From NCBI GenBank assembly GCA_965242925.1, contig CBDEUM010000030.1, positions 288,001-352,000 on the forward strand: DNA of 64,000 bases, read 5' to 3'. The translations under genes and the position numbers were made by a program. Shown here piece by piece: positions 40,376 through 49,099 of the stretch. The stretch is from Roseibacillus sp. Lineage in GTDB: Bacteria; Verrucomicrobiota; Verrucomicrobiia; Verrucomicrobiales; Akkermansiaceae. Each line of letters opens with the position of its first letter. Position 1 is the first letter of the stretch. The notes under the pieces were generated by a model that was not told where the DNA came from, did no database searches, and worked only from the letters and a program-made list of their open reading frames with translations.

Positions 40376-41446
40376 ATGAAGATTTTCCAATCCTTAGTGA
40401 TCGGCTTTCTCGCCACCGCTATTGCCTTTGCCGAAGATAGCCCTGTAGCCGCAAAAGGAACTGAGTTGCGTGAGGTTGTTGTTAGTCATACTGACGAAAA
40501 GGGCATCCTCCAACTCTATCACATGAAGGAAGACGGTTCCGATAGCCGTCAGCTTACTCGTTCCGAGCGCAGCTGCCGCATGCCCGCGTGCTCTCCTGAC
40601 GGAAAGAAGCTCGTATACGTGAAACAGGTTGGCCATGGCCAATCTCTCTGGATTTCCCATATTGAAGGGAAGACAAAACGCGTCCTTATCGATGGAGGGA
40701 TGAACATAGTCCCTTCGTGGTTGCCTGATTCCCAGCATATTGTCTGGATGAAGGCTCAGTCAGGGCAAGACCCATCGGGGAAGAGCCAGATCCACATTAT
40801 GAACACGGAGACGGGCGAATCAAGAAGGCTGTTCGCCGACCCTGAGCAACTGTTGTTCAGCAATTCTATGCCGGTTGTCTCGCCCAAAGGAGATCTGATC
40901 GCATTCGTCTCCAACCGAAGCGGCGCTATGCGTATCTGGCTCAGCGCTCTGGATGGAAGCAATGCGAGGCTGGCTTCCCCTCCAGAGGTTGAGTTCCACG
41001 AAACGATCGACGCCGCCATCGAACAAAAAGTTCCCGTCTGGTCTCCCGATGGCAAGTGGATTGCGCATTGGGAGGGTGTTGAGATGGTCCATATGAGCAA
41101 GTTTACTGGCGTTCCAAACCCGCAACGAGATCGCTTGATCTCGAAGACCTTTCACGTCTGGGTGGTGGACAGCGATGGAGAGAACCGAAGAAAAATTGGA
41201 CGCGGAGACGATCCCACTTGGTCTCCCGATGGATTCGTAACGCGGGCTTTTCCTGATCAAAGAAGGGGCGGCCCTAAGGTTATGATTGAAACTGAATCTG
41301 GGGAAAAGGAATTACCGATAGTGCCTCGCGAACGAAACTGGGGTCGCTTCACTTGGTTGCCAGAGCGAGCCCAAAAATCTAAAAGTGAACAAGGCGGCAC
41401 TGACAAACCAGCTGCTGATCCTGATAAGAAGCCCAACAAGACGTAG
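40376..41446 (+). CDS. TolB-like PD40 beta-propeller protein
   Basis: Signal peptide MKIFQSLVIG; PACSPDGKKLVY, PVWSPDGKWIA, PTWSPDG. Confidence 0.85.
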   Translation: MKIFQSLVIGFLATAIAFAEDSPVAAKGTELREVVVSHTDEKGILQLYHMKEDGSDSRQLTRSERSCRMPACSPDGKKLVYVKQVGHGQSLWISHIEGKTKRVLIDGGMNIVPSWLPDSQHIVWMKAQSGQDPSGKSQIHIMNTETGESRRLFADPEQLLFSNSMPVVSPKGDLIAFVSNRSGAMRIWLSALDGSNARLASPPEVEFHETIDAAIEQKVPVWSPDGKWIAHWEGVEMVHMSKFTGVPNPQRDRLISKTFHVWVVDSDGENRRKIGRGDDPTWSPDGFVTRAFPDQRRGGPKVMIETESGEKELPIVPRERNWGRFTWLPERAQKSKSEQGGTDKPAADPDKKPNKT

Positions 41447-41525
41447 CAGGGCAAGCCGTACTAGCGCTTCTCCTGCCTCGCTCCCTCCGGTCGGGCAGAC
41501 CCCCACTCACCCCGGCCTGCCGGCC

Positions 41526-41564
41526 CATGGCGGCGCCTTGACGAAAAAGCGATTTCCTTTCAGT
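41526..41564 (+). repeat. 39-bp direct repeat, copy 2
   Basis: Identical to 40332-40370; preceded by A-like CTCACCCCG near 41506. Confidence 0.95.
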
Positions 41565-41631
41565 TGGCCTCAAGGTGTGGTGGCACGAGAACGGCCAGAA
41601 GCAGGCCGAAGTAACCTACAAAGACGGCGAG

Positions 41632-43104
41632 CTACGAGGGGGGCTCGTTTTTCTTTGCCCGCGCCTTCTTGCGTTCTTGCCGCCTCTTCAAGCGCTCCTC
41701 CTTGCTCAGCTTCAGTTCGGTCGGGTCGGACTGGGGAGTAGTCGATGATCCCTTTGAAGCGGAAGCGACCATCTCCTTGAGCCAGCGTTTGTGCAACTGG
41801 ACCAGTTCGCGGGCCTTGGCCGGTTGGGTGCTCGCAAGGTCATTTGCTTCGGAGGGATCTTTCGAGAGATCGTAGAGTTCGAACTTCTCCTTGAAGCCGT
41901 GCGCTTTCCAGGGTCCCTGGCGAACCGCCCACTCACCCTTGGGCAGACCGCTGTTGAAGTAGAGTTCGGAGTGGTGGCTCGGGGCACCGTCGATGAGCAG
42001 GGGCAGGAGGCTCCTGCCATCGAAAGGGGTCTTGCTTGGTGGCTCGATTCCAAGGGAGTCGAGTGCGGTGGGAAGGATGTCGAGCGAGATCACCGGCGTG
42101 TCGATCGTGCGACCGCCCTTGAATTTGGCCGGCCAGCTCACAACCCAGGGAGTGCGGACTCCGCCTTCGTAGAGACTACCCTTGAATCCGCGCAGGATGC
42201 CATTGTTGGCTTCCATCGCCTTCGATCCGCCGTTGTCGGTGAGGAAGATGAGCAAGGTGTTTTTCCAGAGGCCTTCGTCCTTCAATTTCTTGACCACCGC
42301 GCCGACTCCGAGGTCGAGGTGATGAAGCATCGCCATGAGGATGGCTCGCTTGTTGCTGAGGCCGGGAAACTTCTGTTGGTAACGTGCGATGTCCTTTTTT
42401 GGCGCCTGCGCTGGGGCGTGCACGGCATTGTAGGCGAGGTAGAGGAAGAACGGGCTCGCCTTCTCGCGGTCGATGAAGGCCACCGCTTCCTCGGTCAGGC
42501 GGGTTGTCATGTATCCTTCGTAATCCTCATCCTTGAGGCGCTTCTTGTTACGATAGATCGGATTGTAGTCGTTGCTGTTGACACCCTTCAGGCTGAAGTA
42601 GTCATGGCCACCGCGCCCCATGAACTTGTAGCACTGGTCGAAGCCGCGGTTCAAGGCGTGCCACTTCAAGCTGGGAAAGTCATCATCGAGTCCGAGGTGC
42701 CATTTTCCGATCGCGGTGCTGGTATATTCCTCCGGAAGAAAGGCGGGGAAAATCGGCAGCTTGGGATCAAATCCCCGTCCGCCATCACCCGCGGTGTAAA
42801 CACCGACCCGCTGTTGGTAGCGCCCGAGCATGAGACCGGCCCGCGTCGGCGAACAGACATGTCCGCTGGTGTAGGCGTTGGTGAAGAAGACCCCTTCCTT
42901 CGCGAGGGCGTCCATGTGCGGAGTGGCGACTTCCGCGGGATGATGCGTGTTGAAACTGATGTCCGCGTAGCCCTGGTCGTCAGTCAGGATCACGACAATG
43001 TTGGGACTCGTGGTCGTGGATCTGGATGCGCTGGCATTGTCCTGCGCGGAGGATTCGGTGGTCAGAAAGGCGGCTGAAATGAGGATCGCGATGATGGATT
43101 TCAT
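41632..43104 (-). CDS. Formylglycine-dependent sulfatase (arylsulfatase A-like)
   Basis: PNIVVILTDDQG, CSPTRAGLMLGRY, GKWHLG, TDNGG, KGSLYEGGVRTP. Confidence 0.95.
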   Translation of the reverse strand: MKSIIAILISAAFLTTESSAQDNASASRSTTTSPNIVVILTDDQGYADISFNTHHPAEVATPHMDALAKEGVFFTNAYTSGHVCSPTRAGLMLGRYQQRVGVYTAGDGGRGFDPKLPIFPAFLPEEYTSTAIGKWHLGLDDDFPSLKWHALNRGFDQCYKFMGRGGHDYFSLKGVNSNDYNPIYRNKKRLKDEDYEGYMTTRLTEEAVAFIDREKASPFFLYLAYNAVHAPAQAPKKDIARYQQKFPGLSNKRAILMAMLHHLDLGVGAVVKKLKDEGLWKNTLLIFLTDNGGSKAMEANNGILRGFKGSLYEGGVRTPWVVSWPAKFKGGRTIDTPVISLDILPTALDSLGIEPPSKTPFDGRSLLPLLIDGAPSHHSELYFNSGLPKGEWAVRQGPWKAHGFKEKFELYDLSKDPSEANDLASTQPAKARELVQLHKRWLKEMVASASKGSSTTPQSDPTELKLSKEERLKRRQERKKARAKKNEPPS

Positions 43105-43107
43105 GAT

Positions 43108-43198
43108 TCCCCAGCCCTACCACACTGCCGGAGGCAGGGGAAGCTGCCACCCATCCCAGTGCAGGAACCAGGGTGCGGTGCACGGGTTGAGGGTGCAG
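43108..43198 (-). repeat. Degenerate junction repeat C-start/B upstream of the sulfatase
   Basis: Minus strand CTGCACCCTCAACC...CCCTGGTTCCT ... GGTAGGGCTGGGGA-ATC-ATG; compare GGTAGGGATGGGGA-ATG at 33037. Confidence 0.6.
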
Positions 43199-43202
43199 CT
43201 GA

Positions 43203-43630
43203 CTACTCCACGTTGAACCTGAAGAACGCAGCCCTGTCCTCAGGAGCGAACTCGAGGCAGATGCTTCCATCGACCACCGAAACGGATTCAGGAGTCACGG
43301 TGAGGGGTGCGAAGGTTTGCAGGTCGGCGAACTCGAAGAAGTTGATCTTCATCTGCACGTTGCCTGCCTCGTTTAGCCCAATGGTGTAATCCGCCGACAG
43401 GGCGCGGATCTGGTCCTCGGTGAAACGGGCATCGCGTTCGGCGGTGGCAGTGGCCAGATCACCCTGCAGGTTCTCAATAGTTGGCATCCCTCCGGGCCAC
43501 GGCCCCCTGCAAATCGCCAATCTGGGTGTTGAGCTGGGCCAACTGGACGCTGAAGGCATCCAGCATGGTCTTCAGATCCCTGATCTCGTTTGTGTTGGAT
43601 TCGATTGCCGCAGCTTGCTCGGGGGGCGAT
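43203..43630 (-). pseudogene. 3' remnant of a surface protein gene (coiled coil plus C-terminal domain), frameshifted
   Basis: ORFs 43474-43797 and 43203-43559 join on removing one base near 43481: ...DLQGAVARRDA-TIENLQGDLATATAERDARFTEDQI...AAFFRFNVE*; no plausible 5' end. Confidence 0.6.
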
Positions 43631-43860
43631 GCGGTGCTCGCAACGCCATTGAGCAAATACCGGCAACAGGTCGAGGAATTGATAGCTGTTGCCAGCCAGA
43701 ACGAAATACGCCCCATCCTGGTGGCAATTGCGGTGCAGGATAACGACCCGGCCAGCGAACTCAGCCGGATGAGGCTTCGCAAATCTTTGGGCTGCATCGG
43801 AAAAGTCCCAAAATTATGCCTGAGTCGGGGTCATTCACAAGTTGATATTCCTCGGTCCTC

Positions 43861-45300
43861 TCAGGCCAAGATCCTACGAAGCACGCGGGGATTGCTAGTC
43901 ACACCGGTGAGGCGCTGATTGAGCCCCTGGAACCTGAAGGTCAGTTCGCTGTGGTCGATCCCCAGGCAATGGAGAATGGTGGCGTTGAGATCGTGGATGT
44001 GCACCGGATCGCTTGCCACGTTGTAGCCGAAGTCATCGGTTTCACCGTAGGTGACCCCGCCCTTCACGGGACCGCCGGCCATCCACATCGAGAAGCAGCG
44101 GGGATGATGATCCCGGCCGTAGTTCGATGCACTGAGTTTACCCTGGCAGTAAGCGGTTCGCCCGAACTCACCTCCCCAAATGACGAGGGTATCGTCAAGC
44201 AGGCCGCGACGCTTTAGATCCCGGATCAGCGCCGCCGAAGGTTGATCCACATCGCGGCACTGTCCCGAGATCTGCCGCGGCAAATCGTTGTGTTGGTCCC
44301 ATCCGCGGTGAAAGAGCTGAATGCAACGCACCCCCCGTTCGGCAAGTCGGCGGGCCTGAATGCAATTGGCGGCGAAGCTGCCCGGTTTGCGCGAGTCCGG
44401 GCCATAGAGATTAAACACCTCATCGGGCTCTCCCGAGACATCCACTAATTGCGGCACGGAGGCCTGCATCCGGTAGGCCAACTCATACTGCGCGATGCGG
44501 GTCGCGATTTCCGGATCACCGAGATCCTCAAGCTGGCGCCGGTTGAGTTGGTTCACATCATCGATCAACTGTCGGCGGGTGGACGGGGCGATCCCCGGCG
44601 GGTTCGAGAGGTAGAGCACCGGATCACCGCTGGCGCGAAACTTGACGCCCTGGTGGAGCGACGGCAGGTAACCGCTTCCCCAAAGCCGCGCGTAGAGCGG
44701 CTCGGCGTCGGGGCGCCCAGTGCCGAGTGAAATCATCGTGACGAAGGTGGGCAGGTCGGCATTGGCGCTTCCCAGCCCGTAGGACAGCCAGGCCCCGAGG
44801 CTCGGGTGGCCGGCGAGCTGGTTCCCGCTTTGAATCAAAGTGATCGCCGGGTCGTGGTTGATGGCCTCGGTGTGCACGGACCGGATGACGCAGAGGTCAT
44901 CGACCACTTTGCTGGTGTGTGGCAGCAATTCGCTCACCCAGGTTCCGCCCGTGCCATGCTGCCGGAACTGGTACTTGGAAGACGCGAGCGGCTTCGATTT
45001 CTGGCCGGCGGTAAATCCGGTCAATCGCTGCCCGCGGCGAACCGAGTCGGGCAGTTCGGTGCCGTGCAGATCTTTGAGCTTCGATTTGTAATCGAACAGA
45101 TCGAGCTGGGACGGGCCGCCGGACTGGAAGAGAAAAATGACCCGCTTGGCTCGCGGAATGAATTGCGGCCCCGGGACCGAAGCCCCGGATCGTCCCATCA
45201 GCATCGCCAGCGCAGCCGTCCCCAGCGATAGGCCGGACTGGCCGAAAAACTGCCGCCGGGTCGTGTTCGAAAAGCACTGCTCCGAATCGAATTCCATCAC
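43861..45300 (-). CDS. DUF1501 family protein
   Basis: [41 protein letters not shown]. Confidence 0.92.
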   Translation of the reverse strand: MMEFDSEQCFSNTTRRQFFGQSGLSLGTAALAMLMGRSGASVPGPQFIPRAKRVIFLFQSGGPSQLDLFDYKSKLKDLHGTELPDSVRRGQRLTGFTAGQKSKPLASSKYQFRQHGTGGTWVSELLPHTSKVVDDLCVIRSVHTEAINHDPAITLIQSGNQLAGHPSLGAWLSYGLGSANADLPTFVTMISLGTGRPDAEPLYARLWGSGYLPSLHQGVKFRASGDPVLYLSNPPGIAPSTRRQLIDDVNQLNRRQLEDLGDPEIATRIAQYELAYRMQASVPQLVDVSGEPDEVFNLYGPDSRKPGSFAANCIQARRLAERGVRCIQLFHRGWDQHNDLPRQISGQCRDVDQPSAALIRDLKRRGLLDDTLVIWGGEFGRTAYCQGKLSASNYGRDHHPRCFSMWMAGGPVKGGVTYGETDDFGYNVASDPVHIHDLNATILHCLGIDHSELTFRFQGLNQRLTGVTSNPRVLRRILA

Positions 45301-47392
45301 TCGCGGGTAATCGTTTTATCGAGGTTTAGAATGACGCTGCCGATGGCGGTGTACGCCGCCAGTTCATCGACATCGAGTTGCTTGTCTGGGGGCGACTCAC
45401 CGACTGCCACCAGCTTCTCGGCCGCGGCCTTGTCTTCGCCATACTTGCGCAGGTAGCGATCGAGTGCCGCGCGCAGGATCTTCAGATCCTCCGGAGAGGG
45501 GGCGCCCACCAGCACGAGCCGGTATCCGTACACCAGCCGCTCCTCGGGCGACGCACCGCCTTCGAGGATCATGCGTTGACCCAGGAAGCGAGCCGCTTCG
45601 ACGTAGGTGGTGTCGTTCATCAGCAGGAGCGACTGGAGCGGGGTGTTGGTGCTGGAACGACTCGGATGGCAGAGGTCGCGGCTGGGGGCATCGAGGAGGG
45701 TCATGGCTGGCGGGGGGATGGTCCGCTTCCAGAAGCTGTATATGCTGCGCCGGTAGAGATCTTCACCGTGACCCTGCTCGTACTTCAGCTTGTAGGCCAC
45801 GCCGTCCCATACCCCGGGCGGTTGGTAAGGCTTCACCGAGGGACCGCCGATCTTGGGCACCAAGAGCCCGCTGGCAAAGAGCGCCTGGTCGCGAACAAAC
45901 TCGGCCGGTAACCGCAAACGGGGAGCTCGAGCCAGCAGCAGGTTTTCCGGATCGACCCGTCGCAGTTCCACCGTGGTGCGCGACGACTGGCGGTAGGTGG
46001 CACTGGTGACGATCAGTCTCTGCATCGCTTTCACGTCCCAGCCGCGGCGAACGAACTCGGTCGCCAGCCAATCCAACAATTCGGGGTGGGTGGGCGCCTC
46101 GCCCTGAGTGCCCAGATCATCGACGGTGCTGACCAGCCCACGGCCAAAATACATCTTCCAGAATCGGTTGACAGTAACGCGGGAAGTCAGTGGGTTCTCC
46201 GGCGACACCAGCCACCGCGCCAGCGTGAGCCGATTCTTGGGAGCATCGGCGGGCAGGGGCGGTAAGGCCGCCGGCACATCGGCGCCCACCTGGGCGCCCG
46301 GCTGATTGTAGAGGCCGCGCGTCAGGATGAAGGTGTCGCGGGGTTTCTCCATCTCGGCCATGACCATGGTGGTGGGAAACCCTTTGAGGAATTGCTTCTG
46401 TTCTTTCTCAAGCGCGGCGACCCTTTCCTTCGCCTCCACAATTTGATCCTCCGGCGCCTCGGGTTGTTGTTTGAGAGTTCCCAGCTCCCCACGAGCCGTC
46501 TCGACGCGCTTCTCATATTCGACCGCTTTGGCTTCGTCCGCAACGGTCAGAACCCTGGCCAAGGGAGGAGCGTTGGGCTCAGCCCCCCGTTGCCCACCTC
46601 CGGCACGTTGTTGAAGAAGGCAAATAGCTGATAGAAATCGCGCTGTGAAATCGGGTCGTACTTGTGATCATGGCACCTGGCGCAATTCATCGTGATTCCC
46701 ATCCAGACGGTGACGGTGGTATCTACACGGTCCACCACGTACTCGACCCGCCACTCTTCCGGGATGGTTCCCAACTCACGATTGATTCGATGGTTGCGAT
46801 TGAATCCCGTGGCGACTTTCTGCCGGGACGTGGCATTCGGAAGGAGGTCGCCCGCCAGTTGCTGAACGGTGAACTGATCGAACGGCATGTTCTGATCGAA
46901 CGCAGCGATGACCCAATCGCGCCACGGCCACATCGAGCGTTCCTTATCCACCTCATAGCCGTCGGTGTCGGCGAAGCGTGCCAGGTCGAGCCAGTCCATC
47001 GCCATCCGCTCAGCATATTGCGGCGATTCCGACAGCCGATCCACGACGCGCCTGTAAGCTCCCGGCGCGCTGTCTGACAGGAAGTCATCGACCTCATTCG
47101 GAGTGGGCGGCAGCCCAGTCAAATCGAGAGTGACCCGGCGGATCAGAGTGAACCGGTCTGCCTCGGGAGAGGGTGATCGTCCTTCGCGTTCCAGGCGTGA
47201 CAACACAAAGTGGTCGATGTCATTGCGGATCCATGCGTCGCGCTGCACGGCCGGGGGCGTTGGCCGCTTCGGCACTACGAAGGCCCAGTGTTCCTCCCGA
47301 GCGGAGTCGGCCGCGCTCGCTGCGCTCGGCGGAAGAATCACGAAGTGCAGGACGCCTAACAGCGTTGTGCAAAAAAGTAGCGGACGCAGCAT
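45297..47392 (-). pseudogene. DUF1549/DUF1553 gene split by a single-base frameshift (or sequencing error)
   Basis: HWAF, CARCHDHKYDP in one frame; PTHPELLDWLA, TNTPLQSL in the next; one extra base in the run at 46583-46588 gives GNGGAEPNAPPLARVLT. Confidence 0.8.
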
Positions 47393-47692
47393 ATCGAGCG
47401 AGGTGGCGGAAGGGGTTCGCCGGAACTCAATAGCAATACGTCGCCACCCCCTGCAACACCCGATCAGGCGGGCCGTGCGAATTGATTCGCTACCCGTGGG
47501 GTGTAGCCTGCCGGATCCCCTAATCTGACGAGAGAACAGCCATGAAATCCGCGCGGACCACTGCGATCTTGTTTTCATGGCTGCTCCAGCTGGCCGGAGG
47601 ACGGGAAGCACCTCGGCGAGGTGTTCGCACGACATCAATGACCACTCGGGTTCCCCCTCCACGAGAGCCGTGAGGAACTTGTGGGGATTGCC

Positions 47693-47795
47693 CCGCAAAC
47701 CCGAAGCGAAGGGCTGGGGTGAGACGTGGAACCGTCGGCCAGTGAAGCTGATCAGTGAGAAGCCCTGATAACTCACCCCGCCCCGATCCGCGTGG
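47693..47795 (+). repeat. Orphan 3' end of LRR-lipoprotein family gene followed by module A
   Basis: RKPEAKGWGETWNRRPVKLISEKP* versus RKPEAKGWGDTFGGRPVKLISEKP* at 33575-33650; then CTCACCCCGCCCCGATCCGCGTGG. Confidence 0.9.
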
Positions 47796-47820
47796 TGTTG
47801 CGGGGTATTTTAACAGGCTC

Positions 47821-48015
47821 TTAAAGCACCAGCGCGCAGTTTGGCAGGTCTCGTTTCAATTTCTCGATGGTTTCCGGCGTTACCTGGGTGTGGCCGAGGA
47901 ACAGCTCCCAAAGCGACTTCATCTCCCGGAGGTGCTGGTAGGCCGCGTCCGTAAGAGCCGAGTTCCAAAAGGTCAAAAGCCTCAAATTGCTCAAATGCTC
48001 CGGGCCGAGGTCGAG
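47821..48015 (-). pseudogene. 3' fragment of an RNI-like LRR gene
   Basis: LSNLRLLTFWNSALTDAAYQHL..LWELFLGHTQVTPETIEKLKRDLPNC; no N-terminus. Confidence 0.65.
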
Positions 48016-48240
48016 GAGAAAGAAACTGATTCTTGGTGGACAGGGCATTAATCTACCAAAAGTCGGCGATTTTGACGCAGGGCTCCGCCTGTCCGCCGCG
48101 TCTGGGCAGCGGGGAGTTGGGGGGAGAGGCTACTCAGGAACCGAGGAACTCGTCCGGTGGGTCGGGATCGCCATCGAGGACGAGGATGCCTTCGTCATCG
48201 AGGGGAAGTTCGGGGGCTTGCCACGGGACCTGGGACGCGT
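48016..48240 (-). mobile_element. Possible remnant of IS91-family transposase tail and downstream end region
   Basis: Minus strand VPWQAPELPLDDEGILVLDGDPDPPDEFLGS* (stop 48134-48136), then GTAGCCTCTCCCC (module B start) and a weak end motif; family assignment is from memory only. Confidence 0.35.
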
Positions 48241-48309
48241 CGTGGGACTGTGTTACCCGGGCCAGAGAACCGCGCATCACTGAATTCCGTTGTAATCGAG
48301 TTTCTGGAC

Positions 48310-48479
48310 ACTACGGGGTGTCGGTGGATGCTCCCGGTATGGCGGAGACATGGAAGCGGATTGTGGTCGTGCCCGGGGTAGAACTCCACTTGCGTGGGGA
48401 CCTGCCAAAGCCAAGGCCGAGAGAGATGGAGGAGCTGCTGGTGAAGTTGGAAACGGCGCTGCGCAAGGGGCTGGGCTAA
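48310..48479 (+). pseudogene. 3' fragment, possibly of a MerR-type regulator
   Basis: AETWKRIVVVPGVELHLRGDL...EELLVKLE*; upstream frame is not protein-like. Confidence 0.35.
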
Positions 48480-48556
48480 AGCCATGCATTCGTGGTTCCT
48501 GAGTGAGGGCGGATTCCGCGTGCGGATACCGAGGTAGTCGGTAGGGTAGCCACACA

Positions 48557-48772
48557 ATGGAATCCGACGCTGAATCTGGAATCCGCATTCCCTACGAGCA
48601 GCTGCCACCTCCGGCCTTGGCGGCGGTGATCGAAGAGTTCGTGACGCGCGATGGGACCGAGATGACGGATGCAAGGCGGAAGATCGACCAGGTGACGGAG
48701 CTCCTGCGTCGTGGCGAGGTGGAAGTGTGGTTCGACCAGGTGACCAAGACCTGCAACATTCTGCGGGTCTAG
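48557..48772 (+). CDS. YheU (UPF0270) family protein
   Basis: IPYEQL...LAAVIEEFVTRDGT...LLRRGEVEVWFD...TCNI. Confidence 0.85.
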   Translation: MESDAESGIRIPYEQLPPPALAAVIEEFVTRDGTEMTDARRKIDQVTELLRRGEVEVWFDQVTKTCNILRV

Positions 48773-49047
48773 CCCGCCTCTCCTTCACCGCTCTGTCTGG
48801 TCGAGGCTACCGGGCGGACCGTTCCGTCGATGTTTCTGACCCAACCAAATGGTCGGAGTCCATCTCCTTCCGAGTGCGTCCGTGTCCTTCATCTTTTCAT
48901 CTTAACTCTTTTTGATTTTACAAGCAACGCAACCGCTCAGTCATGACACGCGGGGAAATTCCCTCGGATTCTTTTTTTCCGGAGCAGTCGCTTTTTTTCT
49001 GCTACTACCCGCTGGGCTTACGTTCCCCGCTCCCAGAGATTTGCCCC

Positions 49048-49066
49048 CCTCACCCCGCCCAGATCC
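49048..49066 (+). repeat. Junction repeat module A
   Basis: CCTCACCCCGCCCAGATCC identical to 17571-17589. Confidence 0.7.
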
Positions 49067-49099
49067 TCTGGCGGATCTGTCATCGGTTTTGACTCCTGC

